Origin: Histomonas meleagridis 2922-C6/04-290x | Taxonomy: Eukaryota; Protista; Parabasalia | Reading direction: 5' to 3' | NCBI GenBank assembly: GCA_020184695.1 | Contig: JAANOX010000150.1 | Span: 119,096 to 183,095 of the forward strand | Length of the DNA: 64,000 nt | In this document: in pieces, positions 43,398 through 55,460 of the stretch | How positions within the stretch are numbered: position 1 is the first letter of the stretch | Layout of the letters: each line of letters starts with the position of its first letter | Notes under the pieces: generated by a model | Told to the model about the DNA's origin: nothing | The model's input: only the letters and a program-made list of their open reading frames with translations | Database searches by the model: none | Translations under genes and position numbers: made by a program

Positions 43398-44834
43398 ATG
43401 CAAAACAATCAGCCATTATTTCACCCTCAACTTTCATCAACTTATGCACAAGTAACACATCATCACCCAGACGAGATCGGAAAAACTCAACCGAATGAAA
43501 TTGGTGTAAGACTTTGTCCTTTTCCATTTCATTCAATAAAACCAGAAACAACAACTTTCCCTGGTGATAGCATACCAAGATGTCATGGCTGTGGAGCATT
43601 TTATAATAAATTCAACCAAAGGAATTTGTCATGTTATATATGTTCTCTTTGCGGAACTAAAAACACAACATCAATTCCGATCGATCCTAATTTACCAGAA
43701 TACCGTGATGAAGCTTATGATGGAATTCCATCAAAAATGTACAGAATTCGAAACAAATTTGTTCCAACAGATTTTTACATAATTTCATTATCATTAATCA
43801 AAAAAATACCTGATATTTTAGACATAATTATATCATCTTACAGTTCATGTTATGAGTATAAACAAATAGGAATTTGTTTTTTACATGGATCGATAACAGT
43901 TGTAAAATTTCGCGAAAGTCTTCAATTACAAACCTTTAGTGATTTTGTTCCAACATGCAAAATTTCTCAATTGTTTGCAGCCATGACTGGATTTTGTCAT
44001 TACATACAAGAAATCAAAACAATGATTTCCAAAATTCAAATCAATGAACATGGAAATTGTGCCAAATTTGCCATTGATTTTGGAATTGATGTATCCACTC
44101 CATTTGGAACATCACTACGTTACATTTTAGATGCAAATGATTTCCATAATATGGCTTCTGAGGATTGTTACTTTAAAGCACTTGACGTATGCAAAAAAGG
44201 AACACAAATTTCACTAGCTGTGTTTGCCGATAATATTCAATACAAAAGTCCTTTATTTCAATTTCCTTCAATCACTGGCGGTTTTCTCGAGTTTATACCT
44301 CCAGGTTCAGATCTTCAAAAAATCAAAAGTATTTTATTACCATCTTTAACACGATCAATTTTTCATGATACTTTCATTTATGCAAGAGCTCCAGATGGTT
44401 ATTCAATTACTGATTATGCAGGAACTGGCTTGATGAGATCAAGCAAATCAGTAATGACACCGAAGATCGAGGCAGGACAGACATTCTATTTCAAGTTTAA
44501 TACTCAAGGAATGAAACAATCGACTTTACAATTTGTCATTTTCTTCACAACAGAATTGGGCCTTAAAAGGTTTAGAGTAATCACAGTTCAAATAATGGAG
44601 CAACAAGCTATTGATTATGATTTGATAAACAGATACATAGCGGGATTAATTTCCCATTCATATATTAATGAAGGAAAGAAAAACGCTGAAAAGCTTCTTG
44701 AAGATATGAAAAAGAAGTTCAACAATTTTGATCCAAGTGTTTTTAATAGTTCGAATTTTTTACTTCAATCAGATTCAATAATGTTTTTGTATAAAACATC
44801 TCTGACGCTTCGCGATGGGAGAACATCATCCTAA
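43398..44834 (+). CDS. Sec23/Sec24-family protein (zinc finger, degenerate trunk, beta-sandwich), short
   Basis: IPRCHGCGAFYNKF...YICSLCG zinc finger; SITGG; QFVIFFTTELGLKRFRVIT beta-sandwich motif. Confidence 0.75.
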   Translation: MQNNQPLFHPQLSSTYAQVTHHHPDEIGKTQPNEIGVRLCPFPFHSIKPETTTFPGDSIPRCHGCGAFYNKFNQRNLSCYICSLCGTKNTTSIPIDPNLPEYRDEAYDGIPSKMYRIRNKFVPTDFYIISLSLIKKIPDILDIIISSYSSCYEYKQIGICFLHGSITVVKFRESLQLQTFSDFVPTCKISQLFAAMTGFCHYIQEIKTMISKIQINEHGNCAKFAIDFGIDVSTPFGTSLRYILDANDFHNMASEDCYFKALDVCKKGTQISLAVFADNIQYKSPLFQFPSITGGFLEFIPPGSDLQKIKSILLPSLTRSIFHDTFIYARAPDGYSITDYAGTGLMRSSKSVMTPKIEAGQTFYFKFNTQGMKQSTLQFVIFFTTELGLKRFRVITVQIMEQQAIDYDLINRYIAGLISHSYINEGKKNAEKLLEDMKKKFNNFDPSVFNSSNFLLQSDSIMFLYKTSLTLRDGRTSS

Positions 44835-45176
44835 CCAAAAGAAAGTAATCTCTCCTATTTGTACCCATAAAAAAAATAAAGAAAAATGCGATTCTCATTT
44901 TTTTTTTCATGCGTTACATTCTTTTGATGTGAAAAAAATGAACATCGTTAAGTCATTAACAGTTAAGCAAAAAATTATGGAAAGGTTTGCCACAAAGGTA
45001 ATACTTCTGGTGATTATTCACTTACTACGAAAACATTTTTTACATTTTAATCGAACATAACAACTTTACTTTAATAAAATATTAATAAAAGTGTTTTTAG
45101 TTTTTTTTGCGAATAGTTTCACAATTAAATTATAAAAAAATTAAACATTATTTCAGTTTAATAAAATATCAATTTT

Positions 45177-48100
45177 TCATATCAAAAAATCCTTAAAGAA
45201 GTTCACGCCATTATTTCTTTCATATTTTTGAATTTCATCATTACCAACATTTAAAACAGAATCCAAATCCGGTTCGAATGTCTGCAACATGTTATTTTTC
45301 TTTGTACCACCATTATTACTTATATCGTCTATCTTATTAATGTTAATCAAATTATCTGTTGATTCCTCCAAAACGGTCACATCTCTAATAAACCTTTCAA
45401 TTATCTCAAAATTATTGTCATTGCATTCAAATAACTCTGCCTTCACTCTTGAAGACTTTATAGATTTCATCATCTTTTCCCAACTTGTAAATGGGTCTAT
45501 TTCGATTTGTAATGAAATTGCCATATTACCAGCGACAGAAGGGCATAGTTTATAAGCAGGGTCAATTAGCCATAAAGGCAAAAATTCCTTAATGTTGTCA
45601 AGTTTTGATATTTTTGTTGAAATATTATCACTCCTTTTCAAAGGCTCGAAAGCAAATAACATATTATAATTGTTGTTATCGATTACATTATCATTCTTCT
45701 CATCGAAGTTTTTAGAACGTTGATTCCATTTTGTTATAAAGTTATGTATAGCGAATGAATTACCAGGAGTTTTATCATCAGTTGCAATTTCCACCAAATT
45801 ATTAAATATGTTATTATTAAATAAATCATTATCCAAAAGTTTTATAGCTAATTCATATATATAAGGGTTATTATTTTTATTCGAGTTTTGGATTTTTAAT
45901 AATAAGTTTAAAATAATTTTAACTTCGACAGATGTAATCATTTTAGATAATCGTAAATATAAATCATTTTCAGGTATCTTCTCATTTAATTGATCAACAA
46001 TTAATTGATCATCGAATTTTTCACTTAAAATGAATTGAATTCTTCTTGAGTTTGATAAATCATTAAATATATATTTCATTGTTAAGAATAATAAACAAGT
46101 TACAGGTAATGATTTTTCATTATTCATTAAGAAATTTAAATTATTTGTATTAATTGATTTACATATTATATCATAAATAATTTTCGGGTTTTTAATTTGC
46201 ATATTATTATTTTCTAATATCATATAAAACCCGGTGATATTAGAGTTTTGTAATGTATTACATATATAATTATTTTGTAATAATGTATTTAATAAGATTA
46301 ATGAATTCATTACTATTTTTTGATTAACATAAGAAATAAATTGTAATGATAGCTTAACGGTCTCTATCGAAGGTTTTTCAAGTTTTTTAATTAATTCACT
46401 TAAAGCTGAAATACATACTGCAATATATTCATAAGATAAATCTATTACATTATGTACTTCAAATGATTGATTTAATTCATATATAGCTTGAGATACATCA
46501 ATGATCGAATTAATTATAGCAGTTTCTACATCATTATTATAAGGTGTTAATATATATGAATAAATTTTCATTGCAATTTTTGCAATGTTTAAGTCGCCAC
46601 ACATTGTACCCCATGATAATAATTCGAAACCAAATTCTTCTTTTTGTTTTTCATCAAATGTATTAACAAATCCTAAAACAGAATCAATGTCAACTTCTTT
46701 ATCTGTTTTATATTGTGGTAATAATTTTGTTAAAATTTTTAAAGTTTTCGGAAATATATTTAACATAATTAAAGAAAATGATAATAAAACTTGTGATTGA
46801 GATTGAATTTGATCTTTAGATATTTGTTCATAAATTATTGGTAATATAAAATTAATTATTGATACATAAGTTTTAGAATATAATTGATCATCTTTAATCT
46901 CTGGAAAATCTTTATCAGATTCATTTGATATTTTATGAGGTTTTTTCTTTTTGTTTATTAACTTTAAATCTTCTTGACTTTGATTTTTAGAACATTTATA
47001 TAAAGTTCTTTTCATATTAGTAGTAGTTAATATTGTCGGATCAAAGATATCTTTCATATCGAATTTAGCAGGTGATTGTATAGTAACGAACGAAGTATTT
47101 TTTTCTTTTGCAACTAAATTATGATAATTTAACCATGAACTAAACCTTAAGAATTTGAATAATATTTCTGCTGTTTCTTTACGTTTTGTTGAGAATAAAT
47201 AACTTAATAATGTTTTACCAACTCGATGTGAACGTGTTAAATTAAAAATACAATGTAAAACATATATTTGGAAGATTGAAGTTTTATCAGTTTTAACTTG
47301 GAATTCTAATATTTGATCGATTAAACTTCGATATTCTGTAGGTGGAGAAAGTGATGTTTTCTTTGATTGACTTTTATTTATATTAAATTTACTTTCATCT
47401 GATAAATCAAAACCTGATTGACTAATTCTTAATTTTTGTTGAAGTTTTGCATTTGTTACTATAATTGTTAATATATTTGATAAGATCGAAGAGTTTAAAT
47501 CAATGAATGAATATAAATTAAAAGAATAAAAATATTTCGATGTCTTTTGTAATATACATTTCGATGTTAAATCAAAACTAATAGAACGTATCCAAGGAAT
47601 TACAAATAAAAGTAATTTCCGTATTAATATTAAGTCTTTAGTCTTTGTTAAGATTTGATATATTTGATATACAAATTGTTCACTACAAAATGAATGTGTA
47701 TGACTTAATAATGAACTTAATTCAACAATTACATCTGAAAATAATTCCGAAAATTCACTATATTGAATAATACCAATTTTATTATATTTTTCAATTAATG
47801 TATATGTAATATTTTGATCATTATTAATTAATGATGATGAAAATACAATGTTAGTTAAAAATGAATAAGTCTTTGATAAGTTATGTGATAATGCTAAATA
47901 ATAAAATGATAATGCTAATAATGAACCTGTTTTAACATAAAATGTTTGTGTGAATTCTTCTTCTTCTTTCTTTTGTCCTTTTATATTTCTTTCTTTTAAT
48001 TTCTTAAATAAATCTTTATATGTTTCAATTTGTATAAATTGTCGCGCTATCGAATCAAAATAAATTGGTTTACATTCAGATGAATATGTTATATAACGAT

Positions 48101-51100
48101 CTAAAAGTTTTGGTGATTTATGTAATATAATATCTAAAATATCTAATGAGACAAATTCGGATTCTTTAAGTTTCCCTGATAATTCAGTTTCTTGTGACCC
48201 TGTAATATATAATAAACAATGTAATGCTTCTTTAGCGATAGGATTTGATGAACATTGACTTAAGATAAAGTTAAACCATTTTTCTTTTTGAAAGTTTTCG
48301 ATTGAATCTAATGAGAAAATTGGAATTCGTAAATATGGACCATTTGGATATGAATTATTTTTATTATATATTAATTCGAAAAATGTTTTCGATGTAATTA
48401 TTAAATTATTATTAATGACTTTCTCCATTTGATCACTAATACCACCATCTTCTTTATTAAATTGGAATGCTATAAAATCAAAGAATTTCCAAAATGTTTT
48501 AAAGATTGGATTATTATAATCCAAATTAATGAATTCTGGTCGATGAATAGCATTTCTAACACCAACTAATAAAGATAAATTATAACTTGGTGAACAATGT
48601 GCAGTAAAATCAAATAATTGTAATAATACTTTTAATTCAAGTGTAGAAAATATTGATTCACAAGTATTAAGGAAATTAGTTTCATCTTTTGTTAATAATC
48701 GACAAATATTTTGATCATAATTAGAAAATATTGATTGATCAATTTTATCTTCATAAATTTGTGTATTTATCCAAAATATGACTAAGTTACAATAAAACAT
48801 TGGATCAATTATTTCAAACTTTATGGAATCCTTTAAAATTTCTTCTAAAATTTCATTTAACTTATTATAACCTAAATCTTCATTATATTCATTCTTAATA
48901 AATTCATGTGCAAATGCAGCAACATAAAATTGATAAAAGTTATTACATTGTGATGATGCTACATCTTTAAAACTTATATCACTACAACTTTTAATGACTT
49001 CTTCTGATTGGATATAACCTCTTAAAATATTTTCTTTAGCGATTTTAGATATAATTTTATCATTTTTTTCAATGAATTCATTTAATGACAATTTATTATT
49101 TGGTATAACATGTTCAAGTTGTTCAATAATATTTAATGTTAAAATTCGTACTTGATAATAAGAACAACATAATGAAATGATTAATATTGTATTAACTAAA
49201 ATAATTTGTTCATCATCAAATATTCTATTTAATGATAAAGATATTTCAACTTGTTGTTGAATAACGCATAAACTTCTAAATAAGTTAGGTACACATAAAT
49301 TAATATTTCCTGGTAAATTTAATACAATTTGTTGTGTGATTAATTTACTATTCTTTTCATCTTGATAACATATTAATTCTAATATCCTTGAAGCTAATAA
49401 TGATGAATAAACATCAGATGAATTAATGATCTCACAAACAGGTATAATAATTTCATCATCAATAGAAACTAATGGTACTATTTCTAATGCTTGTAATGAA
49501 TTCTTTTGTTCAATCTTTGCTTGATTAACAAATTCAATGTTAGCTTCATATCGATTAATTACTAAAGGTAAATCAGTTTTCTTACTCCATTTTTGTAATT
49601 GTGTTGTTATAATTTTAGCACTAATAACTGGAGCTTTAACTACTTGTGTTAATGATAAGTTTTCATCTAATACTTTATAAATATCATTATGACACATCTT
49701 TAATGATTGTAATATTGGATAAGTTTTACATAACTTCATATTATTGTCATTGTTTTGTAACATCGATTCATCATTAATTAATGGTACTATTGTCGAATGT
49801 GCTAAATCTACTAATTGATCTTGAAATCCTAAGTTTTGTGGATAACCACTTCGAGGTGATAACATTCGTTTGATTGTAAGTAATACTGATCGCATATTAT
49901 TCTTCTTAAATGATTCTAACATTAACTTAGGAAATATATCACGTGCAAAACCTGAACTTGGATCTGATGAATATTGTAAGAAGAAATCAGATAACTCGAT
50001 TTGATAATCTACAAAACATGCTGAGTTATTAGATGAAAAGATACTCGAAACCATAAATTGTCGTGTATCTGACCCAAAGAATTCTTTCTTAGTTCGCCAA
50101 TTAAAGTTTTCTCCTGTTAATCGTAACAATGAATTTTGTTTATAGTTCTTTCCTCGTAAAAGTATTGTAATCGATTGTAAGAAACAACCCGAAAATTCGG
50201 GCTTCCCTACAAGTGGCTTTAAATATTTATTAATAAATTTCATGATCGGCTTTGATATTGTTTTATTTGTATCTGCAAATACATAAATAAGTGTATGTAA
50301 TGCATGCGCTGGTCCTCTATAATTATTATTCTTTATTAATGATAACGTAAAATCATTGATTTCTATAATCGTTTTGGAATTGGTAAATTTAGGATCATTC
50401 ATAAATAACATTCCAACGATATTGATCATACATGTTAATAAGGCTTTATGAAGCGATGAATCAAAATCTTTGATCTTGTTCCCAACACTTCGTATCTTCT
50501 CTAATAGTTTATATGTATCTTTTAAGATATTCTCATCAACTTTCGCACCAAGTGTGATTTCAGAAAAAAAATATAAATAGATCTCAAACATGGGTGATGA
50601 TAATGCTTCAGATGCTTTGATCTTTTGTGTCTTATCTTCAACTCCAAAAATCCCATCAAAAGGAGTTATGATATATTTGGAATCAACATGTATTGAAAAC
50701 TTACATATGGTGGGAGCAATGAACTTGACTGGCTTGCGATAGGCTATGCTAAAGAATTCATTGGCATCTTTAGGAAATATATTTAATATTCGGAAAAACA
50801 ATTTAACATAAAGTTTGGCATTAGAATCATCAAACTTGATTTGTGCAATGATTAAATCAAAGAAATAGCATAGAATCATGGAGTTAAGTGATAAGGCACA
50901 TAAACGATTTTTAGGTTGATCCCAATCTACATCATTAAGCAAATCTGTGTAATATGATTTACCACTGGTTCCCTTTTTTGGTGATGTATTTTGATTGATT
51001 TCTGGTATATTTGTTGAAAATTGTACAAAGCAACTTAAAGGGTTTACATCAGCTAATGTAAGACATGGAATTATAATGGACACAAGCGAGTGGTCATTTG

Positions 51101-51278
51101 ACCAAAAGTCTTCTAAGACGTCTTGAATTTTTTGGAAATTTGATGCTTGCCTTTTTGAGGGAAAAATTGGATCTGGTACTTTCTCAACCAACTCCTTAAA
51201 GACAGAGCTTGCTGTATGATTAAAAGACGATTTAGATATAGTCCGTGATATATGTAAGTCTATGATGTTTTCACCCAT
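45177..51278 (-). CDS. Large HEAT/ARM protein, possibly Furry/Tao3 (MOR2-PAG1)-like
   Basis: About 2030-aa open frame from ATG 51278; segments LLFVIPWIRSI and LLSWGTMCGDLNIAKIAMKIYSYI resemble Furry-family motifs (recognition by eye). Confidence 0.5.
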   Translation of the reverse strand: MGENIIDLHISRTISKSSFNHTASSVFKELVEKVPDPIFPSKRQASNFQKIQDVLEDFWSNDHSLVSIIIPCLTLADVNPLSCFVQFSTNIPEINQNTSPKKGTSGKSYYTDLLNDVDWDQPKNRLCALSLNSMILCYFFDLIIAQIKFDDSNAKLYVKLFFRILNIFPKDANEFFSIAYRKPVKFIAPTICKFSIHVDSKYIITPFDGIFGVEDKTQKIKASEALSSPMFEIYLYFFSEITLGAKVDENILKDTYKLLEKIRSVGNKIKDFDSSLHKALLTCMINIVGMLFMNDPKFTNSKTIIEINDFTLSLIKNNNYRGPAHALHTLIYVFADTNKTISKPIMKFINKYLKPLVGKPEFSGCFLQSITILLRGKNYKQNSLLRLTGENFNWRTKKEFFGSDTRQFMVSSIFSSNNSACFVDYQIELSDFFLQYSSDPSSGFARDIFPKLMLESFKKNNMRSVLLTIKRMLSPRSGYPQNLGFQDQLVDLAHSTIVPLINDESMLQNNDNNMKLCKTYPILQSLKMCHNDIYKVLDENLSLTQVVKAPVISAKIITTQLQKWSKKTDLPLVINRYEANIEFVNQAKIEQKNSLQALEIVPLVSIDDEIIIPVCEIINSSDVYSSLLASRILELICYQDEKNSKLITQQIVLNLPGNINLCVPNLFRSLCVIQQQVEISLSLNRIFDDEQIILVNTILIISLCCSYYQVRILTLNIIEQLEHVIPNNKLSLNEFIEKNDKIISKIAKENILRGYIQSEEVIKSCSDISFKDVASSQCNNFYQFYVAAFAHEFIKNEYNEDLGYNKLNEILEEILKDSIKFEIIDPMFYCNLVIFWINTQIYEDKIDQSIFSNYDQNICRLLTKDETNFLNTCESIFSTLELKVLLQLFDFTAHCSPSYNLSLLVGVRNAIHRPEFINLDYNNPIFKTFWKFFDFIAFQFNKEDGGISDQMEKVINNNLIITSKTFFELIYNKNNSYPNGPYLRIPIFSLDSIENFQKEKWFNFILSQCSSNPIAKEALHCLLYITGSQETELSGKLKESEFVSLDILDIILHKSPKLLDRYITYSSECKPIYFDSIARQFIQIETYKDLFKKLKERNIKGQKKEEEEFTQTFYVKTGSLLALSFYYLALSHNLSKTYSFLTNIVFSSSLINNDQNITYTLIEKYNKIGIIQYSEFSELFSDVIVELSSLLSHTHSFCSEQFVYQIYQILTKTKDLILIRKLLLFVIPWIRSISFDLTSKCILQKTSKYFYSFNLYSFIDLNSSILSNILTIIVTNAKLQQKLRISQSGFDLSDESKFNINKSQSKKTSLSPPTEYRSLIDQILEFQVKTDKTSIFQIYVLHCIFNLTRSHRVGKTLLSYLFSTKRKETAEILFKFLRFSSWLNYHNLVAKEKNTSFVTIQSPAKFDMKDIFDPTILTTTNMKRTLYKCSKNQSQEDLKLINKKKKPHKISNESDKDFPEIKDDQLYSKTYVSIINFILPIIYEQISKDQIQSQSQVLLSFSLIMLNIFPKTLKILTKLLPQYKTDKEVDIDSVLGFVNTFDEKQKEEFGFELLSWGTMCGDLNIAKIAMKIYSYILTPYNNDVETAIINSIIDVSQAIYELNQSFEVHNVIDLSYEYIAVCISALSELIKKLEKPSIETVKLSLQFISYVNQKIVMNSLILLNTLLQNNYICNTLQNSNITGFYMILENNNMQIKNPKIIYDIICKSINTNNLNFLMNNEKSLPVTCLLFLTMKYIFNDLSNSRRIQFILSEKFDDQLIVDQLNEKIPENDLYLRLSKMITSVEVKIILNLLLKIQNSNKNNNPYIYELAIKLLDNDLFNNNIFNNLVEIATDDKTPGNSFAIHNFITKWNQRSKNFDEKNDNVIDNNNYNMLFAFEPLKRSDNISTKISKLDNIKEFLPLWLIDPAYKLCPSVAGNMAISLQIEIDPFTSWEKMMKSIKSSRVKAELFECNDNNFEIIERFIRDVTVLEESTDNLININKIDDISNNGGTKKNNMLQTFEPDLDSVLNVGNDEIQKYERNNGVNFFKDFLI

Positions 51279-52159
51279 TTCAGTTTGTTTGTCAACTTCG
51301 CAATTGTTCAAATTTGAGTTAAAAACGGTTACTGGTTCCCATGTTTAACGGTATCATTCAAATATTAAGTTCTTCTTTACAAATATCCGCGTAATATGCT
51401 GACATTTAATGTCTGGACGTATCATTTCCTTTATAAAGTCCATGTGGGACATTTAATCTTTAGCTAAATTCTTTGATAAATATATATAAATCATTACATT
51501 TTTAATAGAAATTTACTTTTGATGGTAGACGCTTTTTGGCAGAAGGAGACGATAAAAATGTATTGAATACAGCTACAAACTTGATAATTACTGTCAAAAA
51601 GTTGGTAATTGATAGAGTGATCAGTTTTATCAGAATAATCTTATTCAAAAGGCTGTTTTTCACAACACAATTTTTATTTCAAAAATTATGACCAGGTGGT
51701 CATGCAAACATGAAAACTTTTATGGCCTTAAAACAAGCTTGGTCGACAAAAATAGTCGTCAAGATAACTTGCTCATTTTTTATTGATTTAAAATAATAGT
51801 TCAATGAAATTTTTTTTTTGATTATGCAAATTTCTTTCATCTAAATGATACTATTTAAATTGAATTTATAAATTTTTTTTGTCTGATGCCATAAAAATTT
51901 CATTTGAAAAGAGTTATTGTTATTATTTTACTTTTTTTTGGTTCAATTTATTAAAAATATTTTAATATTAGATATTGACTCAAGCAAAATAAAAAGAATA
52001 CATTAGCATGTTCTGTGTAAATATTGTTCTTAATGGGATGCTTAAGCATCAATTATTCATCACATATTATAGGTTAATTAATAAAAAAAAAAAGTTTCTC
52101 AGATTCTAAAAGAAAATTAAAAATTAATTTTTTTATTGAATTCCAAACAATAATATTTC

Positions 52160-54133
52160 TTATTTGCGAGGTTTAATTACTTCAAACCATATTCTTAGAT
52201 CATTAATATTATTGAATATCGTTTTTTCGAATGAATCGTTAATCATATTCAACTCAAATTTATGCGGATTTATTTCAACCTCATACAGCACATTAATAAA
52301 GAAAAATCGGGTATATATTGGGTTATTTCCATCATATATGAAAGACAACAATTTCCTCTTTAAATTCCCATCACTTTGATTTTCATCTTTAATCCAATTA
52401 TTCAAAATTTTGATCATTTCTATAAAAATTCGAAACATTTCACCGAAACATCTTAACGATTTTCTTTGTTTATAACATTTTTCTAAAGATTTTTCTAGTT
52501 GAACAAAGAATGGCTTTATTAACTCAATTGTTGCTTTATTCACAAAGAAAAGATTTGCATCTGCATATTTTTTAATTTCTTTCACAAACAAATCCGACAC
52601 CTTATTCGAGTTCACAAATTCCTCAACAGTTTTACCCCTCGGGAAATCAAAAGACAAACAATTCTCAGACAATTTAAAACATATCAAATTAAACTCAATT
52701 TTCTCAACTATATCACAAAACACTTCGACGAAGTAAGCAGGTGTATAATCTTTTGAAGCTTTTTTATATCCTTGGAAATACATTGATTTCAATTCGTTAT
52801 TCACATCAATCACTGCTGTACCAAGTGCATAACTTGTTTGTACATTATTTTTTAGGTTTTCGTTAATTTTTTGATCAAGTTTATTAATGATTTCTGCTTT
52901 GTTGTAATTTTGGACATAATCTAAATATGGTTTACTCGAACTTTTGTTGAAGAAAAATATTTGTTCATATGCAAATTCATCTCTTTGTTGATTTATAAAG
53001 TTTAATTTTTGCTTAGTATCTATCTTTGGCATTCCGAATATTTTATGCGCATAACTTGAGCATTGTAAATCAATAATTTCTTTGATAAGATTAATATTTA
53101 ATTTGATTTCTTCAAATGATATTGATTTTCCATATGCTACTTGATATGTTTTGGTTTGACTATTGTTTAATAGAACTGAAATACTCATCGCAATTGAAAC
53201 TTCGGAATTGTTTTCGATTTTATTCGGTTGAACTTTAGGTAAATATTTTATGGGATCTTGTATACATGGGAGAATCTCCATGTCAACTTCACTTAATAAA
53301 TAACGAACACTTGTACCAAGAAAATTTTCTTGAAAATTTGGTAATGGTGTATAAGTAGTGCACTGCGTAAACATCTCAAAAAGTTCGTTTTGCTTTGAAT
53401 TGAAAAGATTGGAAATTGCTTGTTCGAAAACTGAAGGTGTTTGTGTAATAATATCATAATTAGTAAAATACATTAAAGGTGAATATTTCCAAAGGCTTAC
53501 GGTTTCAATGAGGAAACTTTTAATTGCAAAAATTGCTTTATCTTTTCCGATTTTAGAAAGCTCTAAAATTGCTTGGAGATGATATTGTGATAGGTATGAA
53601 ACACATTTTTTAATGGATTCCTCAAGTGAAAATTGAATAGTATTGAGTCCAAAATTATCACACATTCCTAAAACAGTGATAAATGTTTGAAACAAACGTA
53701 CACGGAAAATAGTGGAACACCGCAAAAAAGATATTACAAGAAGATGAGCAAGTGAATCGTTGATATAAGCTTTTATGAATTTTAATCCTGATTCTGCATA
53801 TTCAGCAAAAATAAAATGAGAAAATAAAGATGGAAATGAAACAGTTGCAAAGTAGCTTGATATCCAAGTAACATTTGGATAAATTTTTTGAAGAAGATCA
53901 AGTAAACCATCTTTCCAAAAAGAAGTTGGTCCAGTAGTAAGTGACAATGACTTTAACATGTTTAAATTTAGAGGAGTCAACTTTTTTTGAAGAGAAATAG
54001 AATTCTTCATAAGAATTTCGGTATTAAAATATTGATACTTAAATTGTAAAATTGAAGATGCCTTATGAAGGTATAACATGTTATCGAGAAGATCTCCTTC
54101 TTTTTGGGAGATCATTCTAATTTCCTTTTCCAT
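52160..54133 (-). CDS. Hypothetical protein (657 aa)
   Basis: Long ATG-initiated ORF with host-like composition; no family recognised. Confidence 0.8.
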   Translation of the reverse strand: MEKEIRMISQKEGDLLDNMLYLHKASSILQFKYQYFNTEILMKNSISLQKKLTPLNLNMLKSLSLTTGPTSFWKDGLLDLLQKIYPNVTWISSYFATVSFPSLFSHFIFAEYAESGLKFIKAYINDSLAHLLVISFLRCSTIFRVRLFQTFITVLGMCDNFGLNTIQFSLEESIKKCVSYLSQYHLQAILELSKIGKDKAIFAIKSFLIETVSLWKYSPLMYFTNYDIITQTPSVFEQAISNLFNSKQNELFEMFTQCTTYTPLPNFQENFLGTSVRYLLSEVDMEILPCIQDPIKYLPKVQPNKIENNSEVSIAMSISVLLNNSQTKTYQVAYGKSISFEEIKLNINLIKEIIDLQCSSYAHKIFGMPKIDTKQKLNFINQQRDEFAYEQIFFFNKSSSKPYLDYVQNYNKAEIINKLDQKINENLKNNVQTSYALGTAVIDVNNELKSMYFQGYKKASKDYTPAYFVEVFCDIVEKIEFNLICFKLSENCLSFDFPRGKTVEEFVNSNKVSDLFVKEIKKYADANLFFVNKATIELIKPFFVQLEKSLEKCYKQRKSLRCFGEMFRIFIEMIKILNNWIKDENQSDGNLKRKLLSFIYDGNNPIYTRFFFINVLYEVEINPHKFELNMINDSFEKTIFNNINDLRIWFEVIKPRK

Positions 54134-54238
54134 TTTATTTAACGTTCAACATTGAAAAGTAGACCAAAACAACACACTTAAATCTTCAGAAAATCATAAA
54201 ATGACAAATGTTTTCAATATAATTAGGAATGCCATATT

Positions 54239-54841
54239 ATGGAAGAACCAATCAGAATTGTTATTCGAATTACAAATACTAAGATAAAGATAGATATAGT
54301 AAAAACAATAAACGGAATTGATAGAACACTATGTTCAGCCAATTCAATTGAATTAAAAAATCATGGAATCAATTGCGGTTTTACAAATGTACCAGCAGCT
54401 TTTTTAACAGGACTTTTGATCTCTTGTAGATTTAAACTTATTTATAATATTGGAGATATTGCAGAGCCACCTTTCGAATTACAATTAGATTGTGGAAAAA
54501 GACTTGCAACATCAATGCTAATAACAGCAGTTCTTGATGCATTTAGGACACAGTGTTTGCTTAACTTCGAAGAAATATCTGAATATAAGGAAAATGTTTA
54601 TAATGGAATGTTAATTTTTAATCAAATGGTAAAACTACAAGAAGAATCACCTGAAGCTTATGCAAGACAATTTAGCAAATACATTTCTCTTGGAATTGAA
54701 CCCAAAAATATCTGTCATTTATATCATAATGCACGAAATTCAATTCTAGCTAATCCTCAACCACCAATCAAATTCCCCAAAGAATACTATAAAAACATGA
54801 CATTTGCCTATAGGCACAAGGATGAACCTCCAGAAATATGA
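54239..54841 (+). CDS. Divergent, terminally truncated 60S ribosomal protein L5 (uL18)-like protein
   Basis: RIVIRITNTKI, ELKNHGINCGFTNVPAAFLTGLL, LDCG and EESPEAYARQFSKYI...YHNARNSILANP align by eye to the RPL5 core. Confidence 0.75.
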   Translation: MEEPIRIVIRITNTKIKIDIVKTINGIDRTLCSANSIELKNHGINCGFTNVPAAFLTGLLISCRFKLIYNIGDIAEPPFELQLDCGKRLATSMLITAVLDAFRTQCLLNFEEISEYKENVYNGMLIFNQMVKLQEESPEAYARQFSKYISLGIEPKNICHLYHNARNSILANPQPPIKFPKEYYKNMTFAYRHKDEPPEI

Positions 54842-55460
54842 AGGTCGTTCCTATTTCAAAATGATCAAAAGACGAAATTTGTAAGCATCTGCTATAAGGG
54901 TGCCTCGTGATTGAATGGTTTACAGAATCATAGTTACTTATTTTGAAAAAGGATTCTTAAATACTTTTCATAGAAATACCTTATAAGTGTATTTGTGGTA
55001 TCTTTTTGTTTCAATGTATAAAAATGTTAAATTATTGATATGATTTTGCTTGCGTAACGAAATAAATTAAAATTAAATAATTCATCACCTAAAAATAAAT
55101 GAATCAATTTAATATTAATTTTCTTTTATTCTTAAAATAATAATTTTTATTTAAATAAAGAATTTTAGAATTTTTATATTTATTAAAACATTTTATAGAT
55201 ATTTTTGTTTTTTGACCAATCATTCTTTTTGTACGTTTAATTAATTCGCTGTTCTTCATCAAAGAATCACAACAAATGATTAAAAGATAAAACAACTTGC
55301 GGAGCTCAAGAGCTTGAAAAATGAAACCTAAAATTAAACAAATAACTTTATATGAGCAAATTTTAGAAATTGATACATACTGATTAGTATCAAAATTAGA
55401 ACTTCTTGAAACAAAAAACCAAAAAGTTATGTCGTACCATCATTTATTAGTCCAAATATT

